Below, one piece after another: positions 1 to 9,113 of a DNA stretch of 64,000 nt; the stretch's first letter is position 1, and every line of letters starts with the position of its first letter. Below the pieces are notes generated by a model that ran no database searches, was not told where the DNA came from, and saw only the letters and a program-made list of their open reading frames with translations. The stretch comes from Candidatus Cloacimonadales bacterium (lineage in GTDB: Bacteria; Cloacimonadota; Cloacimonadia; Cloacimonadales; JAIOQZ01), in contig OY771587.1 in assembly GCA_963674825.1 (NCBI GenBank), positions 3,616,001-3,680,000 on the forward strand. The letters are read 5' to 3'. The translations under genes and the position numbers were made by a program.

Positions 1-539
1 TGTTTGAGGTTATCTCGACAAATATTTACATATTTGATGATCGGGTTAATAAGAGATTCGGGGAGTTTAGCAGAGACAAGATTAAGGTGTTTAAAGAGAT
101 GGGGGTATTTGTGCGCGGAGAAAAGAAATTGCGCAAGAGGACATTGTGTTCCATAATAAGAGTCCCCCACTTCCTCATTATTCACCTTTCTTATATCGAA
201 CAGATGGTGGATTCACATGGTAGCAAGTATGGTGAAAAGAGTCTCATGGCGTTCATTAGGGACCATATTCTCGACTGTTTCAGAAATCCGAATTTCATCT
301 TCATTGTTACTACCGGAAGAGGACGAGATAAATGGAAACAAGCAATTGATTTCACAAGTCAGGAAACAGAATCCTTAGTTCAAGATCAGGATGAAAATCG
401 CAGGCTTATTGGCGCTATTCAGAAGCAAACAAGCTTTAAACCTATTGAATCGATTCTTGATGCTGTTGAGACTTCAATTTCATACAATGATAATTTTGAT
501 ATGAAGTACAAGCTGGTAAAATTACTTTTGGGTTCATGA
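1..539 (+). CDS. 3' end of a larger protein, C-terminal degenerate receiver-like domain (5' truncated by window edge)
   Basis: Frame is open from position 3 (FEVISTNIYIFDDRVNKRF...) into ORF 87..539; IYIFDD, FLIIH and FIVTTGRG strands are spaced like a REC fold. Confidence 0.55.
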   Translation, partial: FEVISTNIYIFDDRVNKRFGEFSRDKIKVFKEMGVFVRGEKKLRKRTLCSIIRVPHFLIIHLSYIEQMVDSHGSKYGEKSLMAFIRDHILDCFRNPNFIFIVTTGRGRDKWKQAIDFTSQETESLVQDQDENRRLIGAIQKQTSFKPIESILDAVETSISYNDNFDMKYKLVKLLLGS

Positions 540-556
540 TTCACCAGGGAGGAATA

Positions 557-1387
557 ATGGAAGATTTTCCACGCATAATAATAATCAACTGGAAATGGTA
601 TATGGAGGGCAGGAACCCAACTATTGTATTTCCGCAAATCCTCGATGTTGATGGAAGTGGCATTGATAAAGACGGGGGTAGTGTTGATAAGGTTGTTTAT
701 TGCTCATATAATAGCAAAGAGGAATCGGAATTTACGAAAGAAATCCAGAAGATCACTGATGGATCGGGGGAAGAAACAAAGATTCTGGTGTTCACGCATA
801 ACGACCCTTCTTTTTTTAAGAATATACCGGAAAATGATGGGGAAAATAAATTTCGCACTAATAAAAACTTCCATATTCCTGTTTCGGCGATATGTGATAT
901 CAAAAGCAAAAATAGGGTTCTGCGTTTTCATGAATTTTATGGAGGTAAGGAGAAAATATATGACAAATCTCTTGGGCTACTTCCTAAAAATTTAGAGTTT
1001 GAAACACACAGCCTTAATCTCATGAATAGTAATGGTAAAATCAAGAAGGAGAATTTCGATTATGTTTGGAAGAGCTACTGGTGACTGCATGTTGCTCGAT
1101 TCCTTTACGAGATTCGCGAGATATTCATTATTAATTATCCACCGTGGTCTGATGATGTAGGAACGAGGCTTATTTCATTGCCGGCAAAATTTATTGAGCA
1201 ATTAAAGGAATTACAGAAAGAAAGACATATCTTCGACGAGTTAATTCAAGAGCTTAAGAAGATAGAAGAGCTAACCATTGATCTGTCAACTGGTTACACG
1301 ATGCAACTTACATCGCAACAGGATAAATCGGAAATTCTCGACAAATTCAATGAGCTGCTAAACAACTACAAGTTATTCTATGGCTGA
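557..1387 (+). pseudogene. Hypothetical protein interrupted by a single in-frame TGA at 1082-1084
   Basis: GGGAGG RBS then ATG at 557; ORF 536..1084 and ORF 1178..1387 are in the same frame and the 31 codons between them are open (YW*LHVARFLYEIREIFIINYPPW...); 3' end overlaps the next gene. Confidence 0.65.
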
Positions 1388-2123
1388 TCTCCTATCGCGA
1401 TTCCACGATTTCGGCACAGAAATCATCAACGCATATCATCTGCAGGGATTCCGGGTAATAAGCGAAGTTGATGGCGAACCTCCGAGCACGACAATCTTGA
1501 TTCTGGAGCCTATGAAGCTCGATAGGAAATACATATCGGTTTTTAAATTATGGTATCGCTATTACAAGCAGAATTTTCCCGACCAGAAAGTCATCGTGCT
1601 TGGTTTCCATGCTTTCAATCATCCGAATTACGTCAATCTGTATGACTTCGACGGTGATTTCGATAGGGTGATTCGTAATGCACAAACAAACATTGCACCT
1701 GAAGATTTTCCCCAGGATGGAATTGATATCTGTCAGCCGATTTCCGTATTTTTCGAGGGCCATGGGCAAGGCACTGTTATCTCACAATTAGCAGTTATTT
1801 CAACAAGTTGTGAGGTGCTATACCAGGTCGACGAAGACCAGGTTATTGAATTCGTGCCAGAACTTGATGCAGCATTCGATCTGGTTTTCAAGAGGTGGAC
1901 AAAGTACGACTGTTACTTCAGGCTAACACCTTTTTTCAAAGAAATCGATCGTATTCGCACATCTTTTCTGAGCGTTCATTCCCAAATCAGGAACTTGAAC
2001 TATGTCTTGAAGTCTGACGATCGTAATATTATAACTGAATTGAAGAAATGCTCGAACTCGTTACGGTTAATCTATAACCGATATATCAAACCGGAGACAT
2101 CCGTTGAAAATCCTCATACTTGA
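1380..2123 (+). CDS. Hypothetical protein, possible degenerate receiver-like N-terminus plus helical C-terminus
   Basis: 247-aa ORF overlapping both neighbours; TILILEP and KVIVLGF strands, FFEGHG motif. Confidence 0.7.
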   Translation: MADLLSRFHDFGTEIINAYHLQGFRVISEVDGEPPSTTILILEPMKLDRKYISVFKLWYRYYKQNFPDQKVIVLGFHAFNHPNYVNLYDFDGDFDRVIRNAQTNIAPEDFPQDGIDICQPISVFFEGHGQGTVISQLAVISTSCEVLYQVDEDQVIEFVPELDAAFDLVFKRWTKYDCYFRLTPFFKEIDRIRTSFLSVHSQIRNLNYVLKSDDRNIITELKKCSNSLRLIYNRYIKPETSVENPHT

Positions 2124-3498
2124 TGACGATTACGGCTATACGAAGAAATTAGCCCTTATATTCCCGGAATTCCATTTTACTTCTTGTCAGGACTGGAAAT
2201 CCGCTGTTGATGAATTACAGCAAAACCATTTCAACCTGATGCTGCTTGATCTCAATCTTGAAAGCTCGACAACGAAGCTGGAGGGGCTCGAACTAATACC
2301 GAAAATCAAGAAGGAATACCCGGAACTACCGTTAATTGTTGTTACGAACGATCAGAAGAATGAAACGATAAAAAAGGCGATCAACTCAGGAGCTGATAAC
2401 TTCCTGCGCAAGAGTGAAATGGACAAGATGGACTGGGACCTGAAATTCAGGACTACGGTCGAGAATCACGAATTGAAGGTCTCCCTGGGAAGAATGGAGA
2501 GCGAGCAATATCCCTTCGTTAGTCAATCGCTTGAGATGCAAAATCTGAAACGGAATTTGGAGGTTCTTTCAAGCAGTTCCGAATTATCCTTGCTGATCAC
2601 AGGGGAAACCGGTGTAGGTAAGGAAGTCGCTGCCAAATACCTACATTCCTGCAGTCTGAGGAGGTATCGTCCCTTTGTTCCGGTCAATATCTCTTCGATA
2701 CCAGATAACCTTCTGGAGAGCGCTCTTTTCGGGCATAAGAAAGGTGCTTTCACGGATGCAAAGGTGGATCGCGATGGCTTTTTCAAGCGCGCAGATGGCG
2801 GAATTCTGTTTCTGGATGAAATAGGCGAGCTTTCCTTGTCAATTCAGGTAAAGCTTCTGCGGGTGATCGAGACGAAAACGGTTTTCCCTATAGGCTCTGA
2901 TGTAGGAATACCACTCGATATTCAGATTATTGCAGCAACGAATCGGGATCTGAAGAAGCTTATCGAAGAAAATCAGTTTCGTTCAGACTTGTATTATCGC
3001 CTGAAAAACTTCGAGATCGAGATTCCCCCTCTGAGGGTACGCAAGGATGATATTGTGGCGATCTTCAGCTTCTACCTTCAGCGTGCTGGATTGTCATTGG
3101 ATCATGTTGATCCTGATGTAATATCAATGGTGCAACAGTATTCCTGGCCAGGAAATATCAGAGAGCTTAAAAATTCCGTTGTTAATATGCTTTTCAAAAA
3201 AACAACGCTATCCAGGAAAATAATTGACATCGATTGTTTTCCCTCGGATATTTCTCATTCAATGCGGACTGTTGGAAATCAGTCTCTGTCGCAAAACATA
3301 GATCAAGCCATGTCCATATTAGAGCTGAGAATGATTGACGATGCCCTAGCCAGATTTCAAGGAAGGAAAGAGATAGCTGCCAATAGTATTGGAATCACTG
3401 CCGAACAGATGAAGTATCGAGTTCATAAGCACCGAAGGAACAATAGGGCACTCCTTTCAGAATATCCCAATATCTTGAAATACTATAACATGAGGTAG
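2104..3498 (+). CDS. NtrC-family sigma-54-dependent response regulator (REC-AAA+-HTH)
   Basis: REC (ILILDDD, LLDLNL, FLRK), Walker A GETGVGKE, ESALFGHKKGAFTDA, Walker B FLDEIGE, FRSDLYYRL, WPGNIREL. Confidence 0.95.
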   Translation: MKILILDDDYGYTKKLALIFPEFHFTSCQDWKSAVDELQQNHFNLMLLDLNLESSTTKLEGLELIPKIKKEYPELPLIVVTNDQKNETIKKAINSGADNFLRKSEMDKMDWDLKFRTTVENHELKVSLGRMESEQYPFVSQSLEMQNLKRNLEVLSSSSELSLLITGETGVGKEVAAKYLHSCSLRRYRPFVPVNISSIPDNLLESALFGHKKGAFTDAKVDRDGFFKRADGGILFLDEIGELSLSIQVKLLRVIETKTVFPIGSDVGIPLDIQIIAATNRDLKKLIEENQFRSDLYYRLKNFEIEIPPLRVRKDDIVAIFSFYLQRAGLSLDHVDPDVISMVQQYSWPGNIRELKNSVVNMLFKKTTLSRKIIDIDCFPSDISHSMRTVGNQSLSQNIDQAMSILELRMIDDALARFQGRKEIAANSIGITAEQMKYRVHKHRRNNRALLSEYPNILKYYNMR

Positions 3499-3506
3499 AT
3501 ATCGAT

Positions 3507-5324
3507 ATGAAAATCTCATTTTTCGATTTCACCACCTGGCAAGAAATGGATGATAAATCCATGTTCTCATTCATATGTAGCGAGATTAAAAAAATACTGG
3601 AAAATGACGATCGAGGAAAAAAATATACCTTCATGGATATGAAGGACTCTGATCCTGACCTTATCATCGGATTCATCACCATGAAGATGCTGAACGGAGA
3701 ATCCGAAATACTGAAATTATTGACTCAGAAGAAAAACGAAAATCTGTTAAGGCCCATTGCGTGCCGACAGTCAAACTGCCCCGCCGGTCACAAATATAAT
3801 TACAAACCGATACTTTTCATCTCAACCGATCCGATCAACGATTTTGATTACAGTAAACAGAAGAACGGTACCCCGTGTTTCCCACGTGTTAATCTCGATC
3901 CACGTAAATTGTACCTGGATTCTTCTATCTGGAATCGGCATCTATACATTTCTGATCCAGATTTTCCATGTAAGCTTGAAAACCTTGTAGCCGAGATTCT
4001 CGAATATCATGAGCTCGACTTGTATAAGACAAATGTTGCAAGGGAGTTTCTTGAGTTCGAAACGCGTATGATGGTCAATTCTTATCTGGCGCCGGTGTTC
4101 AATGGGCATTCAAGGTTTGTGACGCCTTTCAAGTTTCATTCTGAAGGCACTATGCAGCGTCAGCTCGATCTTCCCAAAGAGCCTGGAGGCATGTCTCTGC
4201 GAAAATCAATATCGGAATATCGCTGGCACATCCTGGTTATTGACGATTTCTGCAACAAGCCGCTTTCACGGGAGGGTGGGAAGGAGTCAGATGTGCTGAC
4301 CAAGGCTCAGATAATATGCCGGCTCTTCAATAAAAAACTTGCAGGGAAGTGCCTAAAGGACTGTGACCACTGCAAGGTAAATAAAGAATATTTGGAGAAA
4401 TACGGGTATTATACAATCAGCAATGCGACGTTTCCCAAGGATACCGATGATTACTCTTCTTGTACGGTTCCATTTCTGATCACGGCTGCCAACTCGGTTG
4501 CTAACGCAGAAAAAGCGTTAATAGAGGTCCCGCGCGAGCATGAGAAGTGCTTTGATGTAATACTCCTCGATTATTTGCTTGATTCATCAGAGTCAACAGG
4601 TACCAATGGAGAAAGCAATCATCCGTTGGGGAATCGGAACAGCGGGTTGGATATACTCATGTTCATCAAGAATACCGCAGATAAACAAATAAATCATCCG
4701 ATGAAAAAGCAGTGGATTTTCCCCATTTCGGCATTTTCGAGCGCCATGCTTAACGAGCTCAGAGAAGGAGGATTCAGTCATCATGACGAGAAATGGGAAC
4801 TAGCAAGTGGAGCAGATCCCGTTAATGCTCCCAATCTGTTTCTTCCGAAATTTTGTAAGTTTTTGCATGTCCAGATTAATGAAATTTGCGAATTGCGCCA
4901 TATGAATGCAATCAATGAAGAAATAATGAACTATGACAAATCGAAATTGTCAGATAGGGACACACATGTGGATGATCGTGGTTTTTTTGAGCAAATCTAT
5001 CCGTCGTATCTTATGCTGAAAACGGCGTATGAATCAATTTATATAAATGTCAAGAGAAGTTACCTCTACTATTCGATCTATGTAAAAAACTACGGTCGAA
5101 CAAGCTTCAATCTTTGGGAGCATTTTCAGCATCTGACTTACCTCGTAGCCTTCGGGAATAGGCTGGAATGGGCAAAGATGTGGGAAGAATATACGTATAT
5201 AAACAGGAGGTTGAATGCAGAAATTCCGGATCGTAAAGATTCTAAGTTAAGCTTATTCTTTCATAGCCTGATGGAAAGATATAGGGACTACATCAACACC
5301 CTTTATAAGAATGCAAGCAAATGA
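3507..5324 (+). CDS. Hypothetical protein with internal receiver-like domain
   Basis: 605-aa ORF; WHILVIDD, FDVILLDYLLD and WIFPISAF correspond to REC beta1/beta3/beta4, with long insertions including CxxCxxC. Confidence 0.7.
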   Translation: MKISFFDFTTWQEMDDKSMFSFICSEIKKILENDDRGKKYTFMDMKDSDPDLIIGFITMKMLNGESEILKLLTQKKNENLLRPIACRQSNCPAGHKYNYKPILFISTDPINDFDYSKQKNGTPCFPRVNLDPRKLYLDSSIWNRHLYISDPDFPCKLENLVAEILEYHELDLYKTNVAREFLEFETRMMVNSYLAPVFNGHSRFVTPFKFHSEGTMQRQLDLPKEPGGMSLRKSISEYRWHILVIDDFCNKPLSREGGKESDVLTKAQIICRLFNKKLAGKCLKDCDHCKVNKEYLEKYGYYTISNATFPKDTDDYSSCTVPFLITAANSVANAEKALIEVPREHEKCFDVILLDYLLDSSESTGTNGESNHPLGNRNSGLDILMFIKNTADKQINHPMKKQWIFPISAFSSAMLNELREGGFSHHDEKWELASGADPVNAPNLFLPKFCKFLHVQINEICELRHMNAINEEIMNYDKSKLSDRDTHVDDRGFFEQIYPSYLMLKTAYESIYINVKRSYLYYSIYVKNYGRTSFNLWEHFQHLTYLVAFGNRLEWAKMWEEYTYINRRLNAEIPDRKDSKLSLFFHSLMERYRDYINTLYKNASK

Positions 5325-7114
5325 ACTACGGATACTTTTTCAAACTTGACAGAGATTCGATGCTGAAGGATGGGATTGTGCAGTTTCGGTATATGCCGGT
5401 CACAACCCGGAAAGGAGATGTTAAATACCCGATATATCTTATTGTTAATCGTTATTCAGTTGAGATTTACTGTCATACTTTCAGTGAAGGTTCAATCCAT
5501 ACACACCATAAGATCCTTTCACTTTCATTGTCAACGGATCACGACGTGAAAGATAACCTTACGGACACGCTTAAAGATTGCTACACGCATTTCTACTCCT
5601 TCAAAGACCAAGTGGAAATAGACAGGACTCCTTTCAGTAATGAATTTTCCTCGGACAGCCCCCAAGAACCTTCAAAAACTTCATCGAGTAAAATAGCATT
5701 GCGGAACATTATCCTTGATTTCATCTACGATTTTGAGAATCATAGCGTGTTTGAGCACTCTCCTTTCTATGAGGAAGTGGAGATATTTTTAAAACAAAAC
5801 AAACTGTTCAACGCAATATTGCTCAAGTATCTGTATCGATTGCGACGCAATGCTGCCCAAGGTGATTCATCAATAATGGACCTTGACTTGTATGTAAAAG
5901 CAGAAAGGAGCTGGTTGGATTTCCTAAGGACTGAGGGCTTGAGTGAAGTAGTGTATTGTTCTGGTTGGATTAAAGATGTCGAAATAGAGTATGCCGAAAT
6001 CGTGTTCAGAAAAGATAGGCAAGAGAATATCAACCGCTTCTATTCCGATTCTGTTTCAACCAGTAATGAAACCGATGAGGTACTAAGTCTCAAGCAATCG
6101 ACGCGTTGGTTAATTCGAAGATATGCGATGATCTCAGCAGTAAGGACGGTTATTCAGAATTGGGCTTGGAGATTTAAATTCACATTGTGGATGAAGGCAG
6201 TTGCAATTATCTTTCTGTTTTTTATTTTTCGAGGTTTGATTGCAATTATCGGAGATTCATCTTCGCTTTGCGATAAGGCCGTCTATGTAATTACAATGTC
6301 AGTTTTGGGGATGGGCATAGCAATTCCGATCCTGTTTATAGTGGGCAAATCATTTTTCAGTATCTTGCTTCCGAGATTGCTGGCTTCAATCTCGGCAGCT
6401 TGGATGATCATCGTTACGACTGAGGAACTATGGAAAATATCCTACGATGTGTATCTTGGTAATGCGTTGTACTATATCCCTTTCCTGCTGTTTACAATGT
6501 TTTATCTATATTCTGAAATCAAAAATCGAATCCCGTATATTCCCAGGAAGGAGACTATCCTAAGGACTATGACGCTTCTGTTTGTAAGTGGATTTTATAC
6601 GCTATTGATAGGAATCGTTTTTATGAGCTTCACCGCTCCAAGTATTCTAGTTCGGACCGACTGGCTTAAGGAAATGTATAATGCACTTGAAAATCCGGCG
6701 TATAAAAACGTTACTACAGCAAACTGGCATATGGAATCCAACGGAGTCGTCACAAGGTTAATGGAACATCGAATGATTTCTGAACGAAATAATACTATTC
6801 ATCATAAGCGGCTAAGTGGCAGGATACAAGCAAGAGATCAGCTATATCGTCCGGTGAATGATTATTCATTTGAATACCTTTATACACGTTCATCGGTGCC
6901 GAATGAGACAATGAGATCCATGCATTTCAACAACTTGACCCAATTGAGAAGCAAGAAATTTCCATGGCATAAAATGCAATATAATTTCAAAGTTCTTTTT
7001 ATTCATATTTATGTATTTCCCGGGATGCTACTTCTTCGATCAATTCTTGTCTTATTCCTGGGAATCTTTATTCAATACGCATTTGTCGATCACCCAATAA
7101 CCGAACCACTATAG
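5321..7114 (+). CDS. Multi-pass membrane protein with soluble N-terminal domain, unknown function
   Basis: 597-aa ORF, ATGA overlap with upstream gene; about six hydrophobic segments in the C-terminal half. Confidence 0.75.
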   Translation: MNYGYFFKLDRDSMLKDGIVQFRYMPVTTRKGDVKYPIYLIVNRYSVEIYCHTFSEGSIHTHHKILSLSLSTDHDVKDNLTDTLKDCYTHFYSFKDQVEIDRTPFSNEFSSDSPQEPSKTSSSKIALRNIILDFIYDFENHSVFEHSPFYEEVEIFLKQNKLFNAILLKYLYRLRRNAAQGDSSIMDLDLYVKAERSWLDFLRTEGLSEVVYCSGWIKDVEIEYAEIVFRKDRQENINRFYSDSVSTSNETDEVLSLKQSTRWLIRRYAMISAVRTVIQNWAWRFKFTLWMKAVAIIFLFFIFRGLIAIIGDSSSLCDKAVYVITMSVLGMGIAIPILFIVGKSFFSILLPRLLASISAAWMIIVTTEELWKISYDVYLGNALYYIPFLLFTMFYLYSEIKNRIPYIPRKETILRTMTLLFVSGFYTLLIGIVFMSFTAPSILVRTDWLKEMYNALENPAYKNVTTANWHMESNGVVTRLMEHRMISERNNTIHHKRLSGRIQARDQLYRPVNDYSFEYLYTRSSVPNETMRSMHFNNLTQLRSKKFPWHKMQYNFKVLFIHIYVFPGMLLLRSILVLFLGIFIQYAFVDHPITEPL

Positions 7115-7123
7115 GAGGTCTCT

Positions 7124-7459
7124 ATGGATAAAATAGTCGGATACGATGCTGTAGTTCTCCTGACTCAGAACATATTATTCTACCTTGCGGTATTAGCGAT
7201 GCTGATACTTGTGTGTCTCGTATTGGACAAAACGTTCAGCTTGTTACGATCTTATATTAAAAATCGAAATCAGGAAGATCACGGTCCCAATGGCGATATG
7301 GCCAACAAACTACGCATCGTAGGCGCAGTTAGCAATGTTTCGTTGAATATCGATTGCTCAAAAACGTTTATGATTACTTGTCTCGATGGGAAGATCGAAA
7401 TTATATCTTCTTCTTCTGGAGCGAAACAGGTTTCTGGACAAACTCCTAAAGAAAATTAG
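7124..7459 (+). CDS. Small membrane-anchored hypothetical protein
   Basis: AGGAGG RBS; N-terminal hydrophobic helix; last gene of the operon. Confidence 0.65.
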   Translation: MDKIVGYDAVVLLTQNILFYLAVLAMLILVCLVLDKTFSLLRSYIKNRNQEDHGPNGDMANKLRIVGAVSNVSLNIDCSKTFMITCLDGKIEIISSSSGAKQVSGQTPKEN

Positions 7460-7645
7460 CGAAAAGGACTATATGGTTTATTGGTAAAACAATTTAGTCT
7501 TAATAGCTTGCATAGCAAGGGAGGACAATAGCCTAAAAGCAGTGTTTTGATTTCTGATTGAATCGCAGCTGCATTTTCTATCAGCCTCTTCCCTACCTCT
7601 CCAATCACCAATAATACACAACAATGCACAGACATTCACAGGGTG

Positions 7646-7666
7646 TTTGTCAGTCATTTGTCAGTC
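7646..7666 (+). repeat. Two direct repeats TTTGTCAGTC (11-bp period), putative integrase arm-binding sites left of the att core
   Basis: tttgtcagtc at 7646-7655 and 7657-7666. Confidence 0.7.
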
Positions 7667-7728
7667 GTGCTGATTTGCATGGGGGCTTTCTTGCTATGAA
7701 TGTGTAAGTTACGAAAAACGCTGTTTGG

Positions 7729-7773
7729 CTTCTAAGGAAAAGGTCGCACGTTCGAGTCGTGCCGGGGGCGCCA
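7729..7773 (+). other. 3' half of a tRNA-Arg gene (att core); not an intact tRNA
   Basis: CT-TCT-AA loop, GGAAA, AGGTC, T-arm GCACG-TTCGAGT-CGTGC, acceptor strand CGGGGGC-G-CCA; no 5' acceptor strand or D-arm upstream and the 5' anticodon-stem strand does not pair. Confidence 0.85.
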
Positions 7774-7864
7774 CTTTTTTTATCGTCCCTATTTACAGCA
7801 ACTTACACCACACACAGGTTAAAAATCCTTTGATTGCCAGATTTATGCAGCATTTCACAATGAT

Positions 7865-7896
7865 TTTGTCAGTCAAGCGTCAGTCAGATGTCAGTT
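7865..7896 (+). repeat. Three direct repeats of GTCAGT(C) (11-bp period), putative arm-binding sites right of the att core
   Basis: gtcagt at 7868, 7879 and 7890; same motif as 7646-7666. Confidence 0.7.
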
Positions 7897-7939
7897 GACC
7901 GATAATAGAAACGCAGTCCCCTCCCCGTTGTGGATTGCT

Positions 7940-7963
7940 GTGACTGATAAAACTATTAGTCAC
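7940..7963. promoter_or_regulatory. Imperfect inverted repeat GTGACTGATA-AAAC-TATTAGTCAC just before the integrase start
   Basis: Arms resemble the arm-repeat motif; largely conserved in the second copy near 16540-16564. Confidence 0.45.
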
Positions 7964-7972
7964 CGGTGAAGA

Positions 7973-8857
7973 ATGAGCAAGATCGATGAGGAACTCAAAA
8001 AGCTGAAGATGAGGAACGAAGGCAAGCGGATCAAGCTACGTTACCAGCGCAACACAAAGACCGGATCCATCAGCATGTACCTGGACCTGTCCGATCAACA
8101 GCGCAGTCGGGAATTCTTGCGGATCATCCTGCAAGGCAAGGATGAGACCTTCAAGGCCGACAAGGAAAAGCTGAAACTCGCCATCAACATGCGTGATCAG
8201 CGCGAAAACGAATTCCTCTCCAGCAAGACCGGCTTTCAACTGGATAACCAGCGCGTCGATTTCCTCACCTACTTCAGAATGCTTTCGGAGCACCCCGGCA
8301 AGCACGAAAGCTACAAGCACAGTTTCATGAAATTCCAGCAGTTCTGCAAGGGCAAGGTGGTTTACTTCGACCAGATCGACCGCCGGTACTGCGAGCAGTT
8401 TGCCGATTTCCTCATCAACGACGACATCAAATCATCCACTGCGAACCTCTATTTCAAGAAGTTCGTGGCGACGCTCAACCACGCCATCAAGAACGAGATC
8501 ATCGATATCCCGCTGTGGGACGACGAGAAAACACGCGCCTTCATCACATCCCGCATCGAGGATATCCGGCAGGCGATGCAGTTCCCGGATGATTTCATCC
8601 CGCCATGCAACGCCACCGAACGCTGGCAGTCCGAGTCGCAATATGCCGTCTATAAGACCGATGGTAAACGTGCTCTGCGCGTATTCCCGACCATGCAGGA
8701 AGCGGAGGACTTCGTCCAGAGTCATAAAGACGCCGACAATCTTTCTATCGTCACCCGCGAGGACACCCCAAAGCGTTGTATGAACTACTGCGCCGTCAAT
8801 CAGTTCTGCCACTATTACCGCGACGTTCTCGCCCTACCCATCCACAATACCGCATAG
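7973..8857 (+). pseudogene. Tyrosine integrase N-terminal half (arm-binding plus SAM-like) fused in frame to a Cas4/PD-(D/E)XK-like C-terminus; catalytic domain absent
   Basis: SMYLD..RSREFL, DFLTYF, FADFL..STANLYFKKFVATLNHA; no R-H-R-H-Y region; tail IPPCNATERW...RCMNYCAVNQFCHYY. Confidence 0.75.
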
Positions 8858-8865
8858 GAGGAAAC

Positions 8866-8973
8866 ATGCGAATCCCCAAAGAAGTCATTTCCATCGCTCT
8901 GGAAGCCGTAAAGATGATAATCGATGCCGTGAATGGCAAGAAGGATGAGAAGGCGGCGAAACAGAAATCGTAG
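8866..8973 (+). CDS. 35-aa small protein
   Basis: AGGAGG RBS, ATG at 8866, MRIPKEVISIALEAVKMIIDAVNGKKDEKAAKQKS. Confidence 0.5.
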   Translation: MRIPKEVISIALEAVKMIIDAVNGKKDEKAAKQKS

Positions 8974-8991
8974 CCAGATATAGAGATAGAA

Positions 8992-9021
8992 AACGGGAGA
9001 GCTGTAAATGGCTCTCCCGTT
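8992..9021. terminator. Hairpin AACGGGAGAGC/GCTCTCCCGTT between convergent genes
   Basis: 11-bp perfect stem. Confidence 0.65.
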
Positions 9022-9037
9022 ATTGCTTGACCTATTG

Positions 9038-9113
9038 ATATTCCGCTAACATAATCCCGATGAATCGGGATTACAACGCTCATGATTTCGTTTTGACTTC
9101 GTCAAAGCCGAAA
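9038..9113 (-). repeat. Two-hairpin ~75-bp dispersed element, copy A
   Basis: Flanks match 25305-25379; the central palindrome differs. Confidence 0.8.

Larger units (their letters stand above)
1..7773. mobile_element. Right-hand part of a genomic island ending at a tRNA-Arg-derived att site
   Basis: Visibly more AT-rich than the core genes further right; ends in arm-type repeats plus a tRNA 3' fragment. Confidence 0.7.

Noticed and set aside
1082..1084. Alternative genetic code (TGA or TAA reassigned)
   Set aside because: TGA and TAA terminate many clearly complete genes in the window; only two isolated internal stops occur in otherwise intact frames
7700..7773. Intact tRNA-Arg(TCT) gene
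   Set aside because: No 5' acceptor strand (expected GCCCCCG) or D-arm, and the anticodon stem does not pair; treated as an att fragment, and the parent anticodon cannot be fixed
8500..8857. CRISPR-Cas locus suggested by the Cas4-like tail
   Set aside because: No repeat-spacer array or other cas genes seen; only a fragment is present
8857..8871. 15-bp match GGAGGAAACATGCGA with 27631-27645
   Set aside because: Mostly RBS plus ATG; downstream peptides are unrelated, so convergence is sufficient
9038..9113. Integron attC cassette array
   Set aside because: A GTTAGCG end is present but no matching RYYYAAC box, no regular one-per-gene spacing and no intI in the window; kept only as a hypothesis to test
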